63,711 nucleotides of DNA, from NCBI GenBank assembly GCA_944350305.1, contig CALVOO010000001.1:1-63711 (forward strand), in the 5' to 3' direction. Made by a program: the position numbers and the translations under genes. Below the pieces are notes generated by a model. The model was not told the origin of the DNA. It saw only the letters and a list, made by a program, of their open reading frames with translations, and made no database searches. Source of the DNA: an uncultured Bacilli bacterium (GTDB lineage: Bacteria > Bacillota_I > Bacilli_A > RF39 > UBA660). Shown piece after piece: positions 51,287 to 61,618 of this stretch (position 1 is the first letter of the stretch; each line of letters opens with the position of its first letter).

Positions 51287-53143
51287 ATGTATGACATTAT
51301 AGTAGTAGGCGGAGGTCATGCTGGATGCGAAGCAACATTAGCAAGTGCAAGAAAAGGATATAAAACGTTATTAATTACTGGAAATATAAATAACATAGCA
51401 GATATGCCATGCAATCCATCAATAGGTGGCTCAGCAAAAGGAATAGTTGTAAGAGAAATAGATGCATTAGGCGGAGAAATGGGTGAAAACGCTGACAAAT
51501 CACATTTACAAATAAAAATGTTAAATTCAAAAAAAGGTCCAGGTGTAAGATCATTAAGATGTCAAGCAGATAAAACCACATACCCTGAAAACATGATTAA
51601 AACCCTAAAAGAAAATAAAAATATAACGATATTAGAAGATTTAGCCAAAGAAATAATAGTAGAAACAAAAACGGTAAAAGGAATAATAACAGAAACTAAC
51701 AAAAAAATACTATCTAAAATTGTAATTTTAACAACAGGTACATATCTAAATGCGGATATATTAATAGGGCATAATAAAGAAAAAGGTGGACCACATGGTG
51801 AAAAACCATCACTATATTTGAGTAAAAGTTTAGAAAAAAATGGAATTAAACTAATTAGACTTAAAACAGGAACACCACCTAGAGTTTTAAAAACATCTGT
51901 AAACTATAAAGAAATGCAAGAAGAAAAAGGAGATAATATATTACTAACATTTAGCAATTTTTATAAACCAAAATACAAAATAAAAAATCAAATATCTTGT
52001 TATTTAACATATACCACACCAGAAACACATGAAATAATTTTAAACAACTTAGATAAATGTGCATTATATAGTGGACTTATAAAAGGAATAGGACCAAGAT
52101 ATTGTCCATCAATAGAAGATAAAATAGTCGAATTTAGAGATAAAGATAGACATCAAATATTTATAGAACCAGAAAGAAAAAACGGAAACGAAGTATACAT
52201 AAGTGGTTTTTCAACTACAATGCCACCAGAATTACAAGAACAATTAATACATACAATGAAAGGCTTAAAAAAAGCAGTTATAACAAAATATGGATACGCA
52301 ATAGAATATGATGCAATAGATCCAACACAACTACAAATGACATTAGAGAGCAAAATAATAAATAACTTATATACAGCTGGCCAAATCAATGGTACAAGCG
52401 GGTATGAAGAAGCAGCGGCACAAGGATTAATTGCAGGAATTAATGCAACATTAAAACTGGAAAACAAAGAACCATTAATATTAAAAAGAAACGAAGCTTA
52501 TATTGGAGTATTAATAGACGATTTAATTAATAAAGGAATAACCGAACCATATAGATTATTAACATCAAGAGCCGAGTTTAGATTACTACTAAGACATGAT
52601 AATGCAGACCTAAGATTAACTGAGATAGGAAGAAAAATAGGCCTAATAGACGATAAAAAATACAAAATATACATAAAAAGAAAAGAAAAAATAAATCTTT
52701 TAGAAAAAAAATTAAAAACCGAATACATTACACCTAAAACAATAAATCCAACATTAGAAAAATTAAAACTACAAAAAATAAATAGTAAAACAACACTTTA
52801 CGATTTTCTAAAAAGACCAGAAATTACAATGAAGCAAATAGAAAAAATAATAGAAGAAAAAATTGATAAAAAAGCAGGAGAACAAATAGAGATAGAAATT
52901 AAATACAAAGGATATATTGAAAAAACAAAAAAAGAAGTAGAAAAAATGCTAAAACTAGAAGACAAGAAAATTCCAATCGATATAAATTATACAAATGTTA
53001 GAAACATTGCAACAGAAGCGAAACAAAAACTAGAAAAAATACGACCATTAACTATAGGTCAAGCAACAAGAATAAGCGGTGTAAATCCAGCAGACATATC
53101 TATGCTATTAGTTTATTTAAAAAAGGAATATCCAAATGAATAA
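51287..53143 (+). CDS. mnmG: tRNA uridine 5-carboxymethylaminomethyl modification enzyme MnmG
   Basis: YDIIVVGGGHAGCEA FAD motif, CNPSIGG, GPRYCPSIEDK, AGQINGTSGYEEAAAQG. Start set at ATG 51287 after GGTGA. Confidence 0.97.
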   Translation: MYDIIVVGGGHAGCEATLASARKGYKTLLITGNINNIADMPCNPSIGGSAKGIVVREIDALGGEMGENADKSHLQIKMLNSKKGPGVRSLRCQADKTTYPENMIKTLKENKNITILEDLAKEIIVETKTVKGIITETNKKILSKIVILTTGTYLNADILIGHNKEKGGPHGEKPSLYLSKSLEKNGIKLIRLKTGTPPRVLKTSVNYKEMQEEKGDNILLTFSNFYKPKYKIKNQISCYLTYTTPETHEIILNNLDKCALYSGLIKGIGPRYCPSIEDKIVEFRDKDRHQIFIEPERKNGNEVYISGFSTTMPPELQEQLIHTMKGLKKAVITKYGYAIEYDAIDPTQLQMTLESKIINNLYTAGQINGTSGYEEAAAQGLIAGINATLKLENKEPLILKRNEAYIGVLIDDLINKGITEPYRLLTSRAEFRLLLRHDNADLRLTEIGRKIGLIDDKKYKIYIKRKEKINLLEKKLKTEYITPKTINPTLEKLKLQKINSKTTLYDFLKRPEITMKQIEKIIEEKIDKKAGEQIEIEIKYKGYIEKTKKEVEKMLKLEDKKIPIDINYTNVRNIATEAKQKLEKIRPLTIGQATRISGVNPADISMLLVYLKKEYPNE

Positions 53144-53852
53144 AGAAGAAATGAAAAAAAATATAGAAAAATTAGGAATAAAAGTCACTAAAGAGATGCT
53201 ATTAAATCTTGAAGAATATTACAAGATACTAGTAGAATGGAACAAAAAATTTAACCTAACAAGAATTATAGAAGAAAAAGAAGTAAATTTAAAACACTTT
53301 TATGACAGCCTAACTGTACAAAAAGCAATTAATTTATACAATTATAGAAATTTAATAGACGTTGGAACAGGAGCTGGATTTCCAGGAATAGTATTAGCAA
53401 TATTTTTTAAAAATTTACAAATAGACTTAATAGAATCAAATACAAAAAAGTGTTTATTTTTAAAAGAAGTAATTAAAAAATTATCTCTTAACAACGTCAA
53501 AGTAATAAACGATCGAGCAGAAAAATATGCAAAAACAAACAGAGAAAAATATGACATAGCAACTTGTCGAGCAGTTTCACATTTAAGCATAATTTCTGAA
53601 ATAAGCATACCAATGATTAAAGTAGAAGGGTATTTTGTACCATTAAAAAGTGAAATAAAAGAAGAATTAACACAAAGCGAAGAAAAAATATTAAAAATGA
53701 ATGCAAAACTAGAAAAAGTACTAGAGTACAAACTACCAATAGAAGAAAGCAAAAGAACAATTCCAATAATAAAAAAAATAAGCAAAACAAACACAAAATA
53801 TCCAAGAGAATACAATAAAATTACAAAAGACTTGAAAAATCAACAAAAATAA
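53136..53852 (+). CDS. rsmG: 16S rRNA (guanine527-N7)-methyltransferase
   Basis: WNKKFNLT, IDVGTGAGFPGI, ARAV. Follows mnmG. Confidence 0.9.
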   Translation: MNKEEMKKNIEKLGIKVTKEMLLNLEEYYKILVEWNKKFNLTRIIEEKEVNLKHFYDSLTVQKAINLYNYRNLIDVGTGAGFPGIVLAIFFKNLQIDLIESNTKKCLFLKEVIKKLSLNNVKVINDRAEKYAKTNREKYDIATCRAVSHLSIISEISIPMIKVEGYFVPLKSEIKEELTQSEEKILKMNAKLEKVLEYKLPIEESKRTIPIIKKISKTNTKYPREYNKITKDLKNQQK

Positions 53853-53889
53853 TTTAAAATGATAATAGAATAGAAGGGGCTGATAATCA

Positions 53890-55167
53890 GTGAATAGTAG
53901 TGAAAATAATGTAACAAACGCAATAATAGAGGTTTCTGTTGAAGATATCATTCCAAACAGATTTCAACCAAGATTAGCTTTTGATGAAAAAGCATTAAAA
54001 GATTTATCAGAATCTATTAAAATTCATGGAATTATTCAGCCATTAGTTTTAAGAAAATTAAACGATAAATTCGAAATAATTGCGGGAGAAAGAAGATATA
54101 AAGCAGCATGTATGGCGGGTTTAACAAAAGTACCGGCAATAATTAAGGAAATAGATGACAACAAAAGTGCAGAAATAGCAGTCGTTGAAAATTTACAAAG
54201 AAAAAATTTAACTGCAATAGAAGAAGCACAATCATATAAGAAAATACTTGATAAAGGATATATAACACAAGAAGAGCTAGCTGCAAGAATGGGAGTAAGT
54301 CAACCAACAATTGCAAATAAACTAAGATTATTAAATTTAAGTCAAGAAGTTCAGGACGCATTATTAGGAAATAAAATAAGCGAAAGACATGCAAGAAGTT
54401 TATTAGCAATAACAGACCAAAACATACAAGTTCAAATGTTAAGAAGAATAATAAGTGAAAGATTAACAGTAAGACAAACAGATGAAGAAATATCAAAACT
54501 TTTAGGAAAACCAATAAGTAGCCCAATATCAAGTGAAGAAAAGACCAACATATTTGACACAAACAATACAAATAATAATCCAACATTAGAAATGCCAAAA
54601 GAAAATAATACAGATTTAGAACCAATAGAAACATTTGCAAATCCAACACTAAATGATAACATATTCAACGTGAATACAGATGAAATCAAATCACATTCAG
54701 AAGATATAATAAAAACACCAGAGCCTGCAAACATAGACATGTTACTAAAAAAAGAGAACGAAATTGAAGACCAAAGACAATTTGATCCAGTTCCTCCTAA
54801 AAAAATAAATTTAGAAGAAACGGAAGCAAATGTAAATATGGGAGATATAGTAGATGAGTCAAAAGTACCATTTAATCCATTTATTGAGCCCGAAAAACCA
54901 GAAGTTATGGACTTTTTTACACCTAGTGAAGCTCCTGAACCAGATATTAATTCATCAAACTCAATAATAAATGAATTTAGAGAAATGAAGGCGGAAAGCA
55001 GTACAGCTGAAACTCCCCAACAAAACACTAACAGCAATTTTTCAACAGCAATTAATACATCAAGAGATACAATCAACAAATTAAGAAACCTAGGATTAAA
55101 TGTAGAGTCAGAAGAATTTGACTTTGAAGACATGTATCAAATAATAATAAAAATCAAAAAAGACTAA
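53890..55167 (+). CDS. noc: Noc-type ParB paralogue with a long low-complexity insert
   Basis: GTG start after AAGGGG. It has IPNRFQPR, IIAGERRYKAACMAGL, ENLQRKNL and the HTH SQPTIANKLRLLNL...ISERHARSL (Noc-like rather than Spo0J-like). About 170 aa of acidic, Pro/Asn-rich sequence then precede a short C-terminal domain. The position after rsmG matches B. subtilis noc. Confidence 0.75.
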   Translation: MNSSENNVTNAIIEVSVEDIIPNRFQPRLAFDEKALKDLSESIKIHGIIQPLVLRKLNDKFEIIAGERRYKAACMAGLTKVPAIIKEIDDNKSAEIAVVENLQRKNLTAIEEAQSYKKILDKGYITQEELAARMGVSQPTIANKLRLLNLSQEVQDALLGNKISERHARSLLAITDQNIQVQMLRRIISERLTVRQTDEEISKLLGKPISSPISSEEKTNIFDTNNTNNNPTLEMPKENNTDLEPIETFANPTLNDNIFNVNTDEIKSHSEDIIKTPEPANIDMLLKKENEIEDQRQFDPVPPKKINLEETEANVNMGDIVDESKVPFNPFIEPEKPEVMDFFTPSEAPEPDINSSNSIINEFREMKAESSTAETPQQNTNSNFSTAINTSRDTINKLRNLGLNVESEEFDFEDMYQIIIKIKKD

Positions 55168-55192
55168 AAAATGTAGAATTCTACATTTTTTT
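55166..55192. terminator. bidirectional terminator between convergent noc-like and PBP genes
   Basis: AAAAATGTAGAATTCTACATTTTT palindrome flanked by A/T runs. It overlaps both stop codons. Confidence 0.6.
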
Positions 55193-57146
55193 AATTTAAA
55201 AACAAATCATTAAAAGCATTAGAATTAACATTCGGTTCAGTACCTTTAATATAAAAAAGCAAAGTTTTTTTTCCGTTTTCAGTTAACTGACCACTAATAG
55301 GATTTACCAAAGAAGCAGTAATACCTGTAGGAATATCATACCAGCTTGCCTCCTTATCTTCCAAAAGACTCTCAATTGTTCTAGCCCAAATTCTTTTAGT
55401 AATTTTAGATTGACTAGAAGAAGTGTCCCTATTATCATCATATCCATTCCAAACCATCACAAGCATATCAGGATTATACCCTACAGCCCAATAATCAGTA
55501 TTAGTACTACCACTTTTAACTGCATATTTTTTAGTTAATAAATTACTAATCGTAAGCATAGTAGGACTAGAATAATCAACAAAATCATAATTATAAGTAT
55601 TACTCAATAATTCATTTAAAATAAATACATCACGTTTATTAAGAACCGATTCCTCCTCAAACTTATGTTCATAAAGTACATTACCATCATTATCAGTAAC
55701 TTTATTTATTAAATAAACATCATTCTTAACGCCGTAATTAGCCAAAGTATTGTAAGCATTACTAAAATCAAGCATAGATATTTCTTCCGTTCCTAAAGCC
55801 AAAGAAGCATTAGCTTGTAAAGATTTTTCAATTCCCATTCTTTTGGCGGTATCGACCAAAACATTTTCTCCCAAAAACAAATGAGTTTTAACAGCATAAA
55901 TATTATCAGAATAAGCAATTGCAGTTGCGAGAGTAATATCCCTATTTCCATACTTTTCCCCATAATTTTTAGGAGAATAAGTTTTACCATTATCCATATT
56001 AAAAGTTGTAGCTTCACTAGTAAAAGTAGAAGAAGCAGTAAAACCATTTTCTAAAGCAGCATAATACAAAATAGGTTTAAAAGTCGAACCAACCTGTCTT
56101 TTTGCTTGAGTAACGCGATTAAACTCACTCAAATTATAATTAGTACCACCAATCAAGGCAATAACCTTGCCCGAACCAGGTTCAACAGCAATACTAGCAA
56201 CTTGATAATCAGTTTGCCCATCCATTTCTTCCATAATTATATTTTCCATTTTTTTTTGTGCGCCAACATCTAAATTAGTATAAACATGCAAACCACCTGA
56301 TTTAATCAAAGAATCAGGAATACTAGAAATAGATTGCAACTCTTGTAAAACAGCATCCTTGTAATAATTAATACTTAGAACGGCTTCAGGATCATCTTGT
56401 CCGTAAAAAACCAAATCCGTATTAAAAGCAATATCTAATTCTTCTTCTGTAATATAACCTTCTTCTAACATACTATTTAAAACTATTTTTTGTCGTTCCT
56501 TAGATTTTTCGAGATTAGATATAGGATTATACAAAGAAGGATTTTTAGGAATACCAACAAGAATAGAAGCTTCTGCCAATGATAACTTACTTGCACTTTT
56601 ATTAAAATAATATTTACTAGCATTTTCAATTCCATATTGACCAGAGCCATAATTTATAGAATTTAAATAACCCTCCAAAATTTCATTTTTAGAATAATGA
56701 GTTTCTAATTCTAAAGTCAAAAAAGCCTCTTCAATCTTTCTATCCCATGTTTTATCGAAAGTTAAATACAAGTTTTTAATATACTGTTGAGAAATAGTAG
56801 AAGCACCCTGAGAAATATTACCATTTTTAAAATTAACATACATAGCTTTAGCAATTCTTAAAAAATCAAAACCCTTATGAATATAAAAATTTTTATCTTC
56901 AGTAGCAACAGTAGCGTCAATAACATAATCAGATATATCGCTAATTGGAACCCATCTATTATCTGAAGAACTTTCAAAAAAACTATTATTTTCATTATCA
57001 TAAAAAACAATTGAACTATTAGAATTTATATCAATTTTAGGGGTGATATAAGCATACAAATAAAGAGAAACATTACCAAATACAAAAACAACAAACAAAA
57101 AAACAAAAATTTTTACAACAAACAAAAATTTCTTAAAATATTTCAT
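55191..57146 (-). CDS. class A penicillin-binding protein (glycosyltransferase plus transpeptidase)
   Basis: GT51 motifs ATEDKNFYIHKGFD and GASTISQQ. Transpeptidase motifs STFKP, SDN and KSGST. Start trimmed to ATG 57146 (MKYFKKFLF... signal anchor). Confidence 0.9.
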   Translation of the reverse strand: MKYFKKFLFVVKIFVFLFVVFVFGNVSLYLYAYITPKIDINSNSSIVFYDNENNSFFESSSDNRWVPISDISDYVIDATVATEDKNFYIHKGFDFLRIAKAMYVNFKNGNISQGASTISQQYIKNLYLTFDKTWDRKIEEAFLTLELETHYSKNEILEGYLNSINYGSGQYGIENASKYYFNKSASKLSLAEASILVGIPKNPSLYNPISNLEKSKERQKIVLNSMLEEGYITEEELDIAFNTDLVFYGQDDPEAVLSINYYKDAVLQELQSISSIPDSLIKSGGLHVYTNLDVGAQKKMENIIMEEMDGQTDYQVASIAVEPGSGKVIALIGGTNYNLSEFNRVTQAKRQVGSTFKPILYYAALENGFTASSTFTSEATTFNMDNGKTYSPKNYGEKYGNRDITLATAIAYSDNIYAVKTHLFLGENVLVDTAKRMGIEKSLQANASLALGTEEISMLDFSNAYNTLANYGVKNDVYLINKVTDNDGNVLYEHKFEEESVLNKRDVFILNELLSNTYNYDFVDYSSPTMLTISNLLTKKYAVKSGSTNTDYWAVGYNPDMLVMVWNGYDDNRDTSSSQSKITKRIWARTIESLLEDKEASWYDIPTGITASLVNPISGQLTENGKKTLLFYIKGTEPNVNSNAFNDLFLN

Positions 57147-57249
57147 ATTAATCACTATTTTTATTATTAAAAAAAACAATAAAAATATGAGTAAAATTAA
57201 CTAATATAATATAAAAAAAAGAATATAATAAAAAAGATTAACAAAATAC

Positions 57250-57277
57250 TTGATTTTATATAAAATACAAGTATAAT
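57250..57277 (+). promoter_or_regulatory. candidate rpoE promoter
   Basis: TTGATT (57250-57255), a 16-nt spacer and TATAAT (57272-57277). Confidence 0.45.
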
Positions 57278-57304
57278 TTTAGGAGATAAGTGAGAGGAGA
57301 AAAA

Positions 57305-57733
57305 ATGAAATTAAAAACAATAACAAAAGAAGAAATAGAAACATTATCATTTGATGATTTAGCATATATAATTTTAAAAGAAAAAGGTAAAAAAATGAAA
57401 ATCACAGAGTTATTTAAAACAATATGTGAACTACAAAACCTAGGAGAGAGTGCATATGAAGCACAAATAGCTGATTTTTTTACACTATTAGCAACAGAAA
57501 AAAGATTTATACAACTAGATAAAGGATATTGGGATTTAAGAGAAAATCATTCAATTAAAATAGAACAAGAAGAAGACGACGAACTAGATGAAGAAATAAC
57601 ACATAATGATTTAGAAGAAGAAACAGAAGAAAACTATTTAGATGAAACAAAAGATATAGATGATGATGAAACAGAAGATGATTTAAAAGATTTAGTAGTT
57701 ATAGATGAGAACGAACTTGAAGATGAATTATAG
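57305..57733 (+). CDS. rpoE: DNA-directed RNA polymerase delta subunit
   Basis: HARE-HTH N-domain (LSFDDLAYIILKEKGKKMKITELF...FFTLLATEKRFIQLDKGYWDLREN) followed by a long Asp/Glu tail. Start set at ATG 57305 after GAGAGGAG. Confidence 0.85.
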   Translation: MKLKTITKEEIETLSFDDLAYIILKEKGKKMKITELFKTICELQNLGESAYEAQIADFFTLLATEKRFIQLDKGYWDLRENHSIKIEQEEDDELDEEITHNDLEEETEENYLDETKDIDDDETEDDLKDLVVIDENELEDEL

Positions 57734-57773
57734 CGCCTTAATTTTAATATAAAAACAAAGAAAGGTGATTATA

Positions 57774-58844
57774 ATGGAAGATAGATTAGAAATAATATTA
57801 GAAAGATACAACCACTTAAGTGAAGAATTATTAAAAGAAGAAATATATACAGACTTTAACAAAATGAAAACATTATCAAAAGAAAAAACATCATTAGAAG
57901 AAACAATTGAAAAATACAAAGAATACAAACAAGCAAAAGAAGATTTAGAAACAGCAAAAGAAATGTTAAAAGAAACAACTGATGAAGACACAATAAATTT
58001 TGCAAACGAAGAAATAACTGAATTAACAAAAAAAATAGAAGATTTAACAGAAAAACTAACAATTATGTTATTACCAAAAGATCCAAATGACGGAAAAAAT
58101 GTAATAGTAGAAATAAGAGGTGCAGCAGGCGGAGATGAAGCCAACATATTTGCTGGAGACCTTTATAGAATGTATACAAAATATGCAGAAAAAGAAAATT
58201 GGAAAATAGAAATAATAAACGAATCCCATAGTGACAATGGTGGATTTACAATAGTTGAATTCATGTTAAAAGGTGATAACGTATATTCAAAATTAAAATA
58301 CGAAAGCGGTTCACATAGAGTACAAAGAGTACCAGTGACAGAAAGTCAAGGAAGAATACACACATCTACAGCAACAGTATTAGTTATGCCAGAAGCAGAA
58401 GAAGTTGACGTAGAAATAAAAGAAAGCGACATAAAAATAGATGTATTTAGAAGTAGTGGAGCTGGAGGCCAAAGTGTTAATACAACAGATTCAGCAGTAA
58501 GAATAACACATTTACCTACAAATACAGTAGTAACATGTCAAAACGAAAGAAGCCAGATTAAAAATAGAGAAAAAGCATTACAAATTTTAAAAACAAGACT
58601 ATATGAACAAAAACTAAGAGAACAAGAAGAAAAAGAAGAAAACAATAGAAAGATAAAAATAGGAACTGGAGACAGATCAGAAAAAATAAGAACATACAAT
58701 TATCCACAAAATAGAGTTACAGATCACAGAATAAACTTTTCAGTTATGAATCTAGACAAAGTAATGGAAGGAAACCTTGACGAAATCATCGAAGCGTTAA
58801 TAACAGAAGACACTAGAAGAAAAATGGAAATAGAAAATGCTTAA
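57774..58844 (+). CDS. prfA: peptide chain release factor 1
   Basis: [12 protein letters not shown] (the PxT-type region) and [22 protein letters not shown] (GGQ). Start set at ATG 57774 after AAAGGTGA. Confidence 0.97.
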   Translation: MEDRLEIILERYNHLSEELLKEEIYTDFNKMKTLSKEKTSLEETIEKYKEYKQAKEDLETAKEMLKETTDEDTINFANEEITELTKKIEDLTEKLTIMLLPKDPNDGKNVIVEIRGAAGGDEANIFAGDLYRMYTKYAEKENWKIEIINESHSDNGGFTIVEFMLKGDNVYSKLKYESGSHRVQRVPVTESQGRIHTSTATVLVMPEAEEVDVEIKESDIKIDVFRSSGAGGQSVNTTDSAVRITHLPTNTVVTCQNERSQIKNREKALQILKTRLYEQKLREQEEKEENNRKIKIGTGDRSEKIRTYNYPQNRVTDHRINFSVMNLDKVMEGNLDEIIEALITEDTRRKMEIENA

Positions 58845-59571
58845 AATAGAAGATATAATTTCTAAAAGAGAAATAGAAGAACTAAAAAACACAGGGAAAT
58901 ACACGAAAAAAAATATAAATAAAATACTAAAACAATATCCATCACAGTACATAATAGGATACGTAAACTTTTATGGAAACAAAATAAAAGTTAACAAAAA
59001 CGTATTAATACCAAGATACGAAACCGAAACATTAACGTATAAAACAATAAATTATATAAAACAAAAGTACAAAAATAAAAAAATCAAAATATTAGACTTA
59101 TGCACAGGTAGTGGATGCATAGCAATAACATTAAAAAAAGAAATTAAAAATAGTGATATAGTAGCAAGTGATATTTCTAACAAAGCAATTAAAGTAGCAA
59201 AAGAAAACGCAAAAATAAACAATATTAAAATAAAAGTTGTAAAAAGCGATTTATTTAAAAACATAAATGAAAACAACTATGACGTAATAGTCGCAAATCC
59301 GCCATATGTACCTTCTAATGAAAAAATTACAAAAATAGTTAAACATGAACCAAAAAAAGCATTATTTAGTGGAAAATATGGGACAAAACACATAACAAAG
59401 ATACTAAAAGAATATAACAAATTTCTAAAAAAAGATGGATTCATAGCAATTGAAATACATGAAACGCAAAAAGAAATGCTAGAAGAAAAGTTAACAAAAT
59501 TAAATTTAAAATATAGTTTTGAAAAAGACTTAGCAGAAAAAATACGATATTTATTTATATTTAATGAATAA
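58837..59571 (+). CDS. prmC: release factor glutamine methyltransferase
   Basis: [11 protein letters not shown] and VANPPYV. Overlaps the prfA stop. Confidence 0.9.
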   Translation: MLKIEDIISKREIEELKNTGKYTKKNINKILKQYPSQYIIGYVNFYGNKIKVNKNVLIPRYETETLTYKTINYIKQKYKNKKIKILDLCTGSGCIAITLKKEIKNSDIVASDISNKAIKVAKENAKINNIKIKVVKSDLFKNINENNYDVIVANPPYVPSNEKITKIVKHEPKKALFSGKYGTKHITKILKEYNKFLKKDGFIAIEIHETQKEMLEEKLTKLNLKYSFEKDLAEKIRYLFIFNE

Positions 59572-59584
59572 AAAAAAACAAAAT

Positions 59585-59617
59585 AAACCAACATGAAATA
59601 GAAAGGTTGGTTTTTTT
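59585..59617 (+). terminator. prmC terminator
   Basis: AAACCAAC-13 nt-GTTGGTTT followed by TTTT. The spoIIR ATG follows 2 nt later. Confidence 0.6.
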
Positions 59618-59618
59618 A

Positions 59619-60140
59619 ATGAAAAAATTATTAATTATTTTAGGAATTGTAACACTAATTATAATTTATAACACAGAAGAAAAAAAATACATTAATATAC
59701 CAGAAGAATCCATAAGATACAGAATTATACCAAACAGCAACAGTGCAGAAGACATACAAGCAAAAGAGCAAATACAAAAAAGTGTAGAAAAAGATTTACA
59801 AAAAATAATGGAATCAAATACAATAGAAGAAACGAGAACAAACATAATAAATAATTTAGATAATATAAAAGAAAACATAGAATTAACAAAGAAAGATATA
59901 AACTATGATAAAGAAATAAAAATAAATTATGGACTAAATTACTTTCCTGAAAAAGAATACATGGGTAAAATATATGAAGAAGGATATTACGAATCACTTG
60001 TAGTCGAAATAGGAAATGCAGAAGGAAGCAACTTCTGGTGCGTATTATTCCCACCATTATGCATGATGGAAAATACCAATAAAGAAGAAGTAGAGTATAC
60101 TTTTTTTCTAAAAAACTTAATTTCTAAAATAATTAATTAA
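59619..60140 (+). CDS. spoIIR: stage II sporulation protein R
   Basis: Signal peptide, RYRIIPNSNSAEDIQAKEQI (compare RLHVIANSDS..DQ.LK), and EGSNFWCVLFPPLCM. Confidence 0.85.
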   Translation: MKKLLIILGIVTLIIIYNTEEKKYINIPEESIRYRIIPNSNSAEDIQAKEQIQKSVEKDLQKIMESNTIEETRTNIINNLDNIKENIELTKKDINYDKEIKINYGLNYFPEKEYMGKIYEEGYYESLVVEIGNAEGSNFWCVLFPPLCMMENTNKEEVEYTFFLKNLISKIIN

Positions 60141-60185
60141 GTATAAATAAAAAAAATAAAACTATACTTAAATAGGTGAGAAGTT

Positions 60186-60716
60186 TTGGAACAACTAACA
60201 ATAATTCTAATTGCAATAAGTTTAAGTTTAGATGCTTTTACATTATCAGTAGCATACGGTCTACTAAATATAAAAAAACAAAAAATAATAACTACATCAA
60301 TAATAGTAGGAATATTCCATTTTATTATGCCTTTAATAGGGTTATTAATAGGAAATATATTAATTAAATCTTACACGATAGATTCCAAATTTATTCTCAT
60401 ATTAACGCTAATAATAATACTAATTGAAATGATAAAATCATTTAATGAAGAAATTAGCGAAAAAAATATGAGTTTTTTTGAATCAATAACGTTTGCATTT
60501 TTAGTATCAATTGATAGCTTACTTATCGGAGCAGGAATAACATACATAACATCAAAAATAATATTATCAAGTTTGTACTTTTCCATATTTAGTTTTACAT
60601 TCACATTGTTAGGTTTTTTACTTGGAAAATATATAACAAAAAAATCAAAACAAAACGCAAAAATAATATCAATTATCATAATATTTACATTAATAATATA
60701 CTTTTTATGTAAATAA
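60186..60716 (+). CDS. MntP/YtaF-family (DUF204) membrane protein, putative Mn efflux or sporulation membrane protein
   Basis: LSLDAF motif, repeated in degenerate form as VSIDSL in the second half. Six TM segments. TTG start 5 nt after AGGTGAG. Confidence 0.7.
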   Translation: MEQLTIILIAISLSLDAFTLSVAYGLLNIKKQKIITTSIIVGIFHFIMPLIGLLIGNILIKSYTIDSKFILILTLIIILIEMIKSFNEEISEKNMSFFESITFAFLVSIDSLLIGAGITYITSKIILSSLYFSIFSFTFTLLGFLLGKYITKKSKQNAKIISIIIIFTLIIYFLCK

Positions 60717-60729
60717 ATAAAAGAGTGCA

Positions 60730-60758
60730 TTGACTTATTAAAATTAAGATAATATATT
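60730..60758 (+). promoter_or_regulatory. fba promoter
   Basis: TTGACT (60730-60735), a 17-nt spacer and TATATT (60753-60758). Confidence 0.5.
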
Positions 60759-60774
60759 AAAAATGGGAGATAAT

Positions 60775-61605
60775 ATGAACAAATATAATGAAATAATAAA
60801 AGCATATAAAAATGGTTATGCAATACCACAATTCAATACAATAAATGCTGAATATACCAGGTACATATTAGAAGAATGCGAAAAAGAAAAATCACCAGTA
60901 ATATTGGGAGTTAGTGAAAAAGTTGCCAAACACCTAGGAGGATTTAAAGTTGCAAAAAACATAGTAGACGGATTAATAGAAGATTTAAATATAACAATTC
61001 CGGTAATATTACATTTAGATCATGCTAAAAGCAAGGAAGCATGTGAAAAAGCAATAAAAGCCGGTTTTGATTCAATAATGATTGATTACTCATCATACAC
61101 GTTAGAAGAAAATATAAAAATTACAAAAAGTTTAGTTCTAGAAAATCCAAACACAATTATAGAATGTGAAGTTGGAACGATTGGCAAAAACGGAAACGAA
61201 GGAATTATATATTCAAATTTAGAAGATATAGAAAAAATAAAAAGAGAAACAAATGCACATTTAATTGCGCCATCATTTGGTACTGTGCACGGAGTTTACA
61301 AAGGTGAACCAAGACTTAATTTTAATTTACTAAAAGAAATAAAAAACAAAATAGACACGCCCTTAGTTATGCATGGTGGATCAGGATTAAGTGATGAGAA
61401 TTTTAAAGAAAGTATATCTAACGGAATAGCGAAAATTAATATAAATACTGAACTAAAGCAAGCATGGACTAAGTCGATAAGAGAATTTTTAAAAAATAAT
61501 CCGACAGAAACAGATCCAGTATATATTACAGAGTCCGTGAGCGAAGAATTAAAAAAAGTCGTTTCAAAATTAATAAAAATATTTGGTAGCAATAACAGAA
61601 TATAA
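60775..61605 (+). CDS. fba: class II fructose-bisphosphate aldolase
   Basis: YAIPQFN, ILHLDHA, HGGSG, KININTE. Start set at ATG 60775 after GGGAG. Confidence 0.9.
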   Translation: MNKYNEIIKAYKNGYAIPQFNTINAEYTRYILEECEKEKSPVILGVSEKVAKHLGGFKVAKNIVDGLIEDLNITIPVILHLDHAKSKEACEKAIKAGFDSIMIDYSSYTLEENIKITKSLVLENPNTIIECEVGTIGKNGNEGIIYSNLEDIEKIKRETNAHLIAPSFGTVHGVYKGEPRLNFNLLKEIKNKIDTPLVMHGGSGLSDENFKESISNGIAKININTELKQAWTKSIREFLKNNPTETDPVYITESVSEELKKVVSKLIKIFGSNNRI

Positions 61606-61618
61606 GGGGGTTATAAAA

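Noticed and set aside
54655-54672. TATTCAACGTGAATACA, parS-like, in the noc-type gene
   Set aside because: The core has a mismatch (CAACGTG) and the right arm is out of register by one base. Most likely chance.
54432-55133. 233-aa antisense ORF opposite the noc-type gene. Similar long antisense or out-of-frame ORFs occur at 53342-53815, 57728-58147, 50068-50442, 50187-50600, 54143-54649, 17941-18297, 34273-34635, 43941-44333, 59277-59594 and 59725-60057.
   Set aside because: All lie opposite or out of frame within well-supported genes whose sense strand is purine-rich, which removes stop codons from the complement. Their products are Leu/Phe/Ser/Ile low-complexity strings with no RBS and no motif.
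60141-60185. Possible yybP-ykoY manganese riboswitch upstream of the MntP-like gene
   Set aside because: The spacer is only 45 nt of near-pure A/T, too short and unstructured for that riboswitch.
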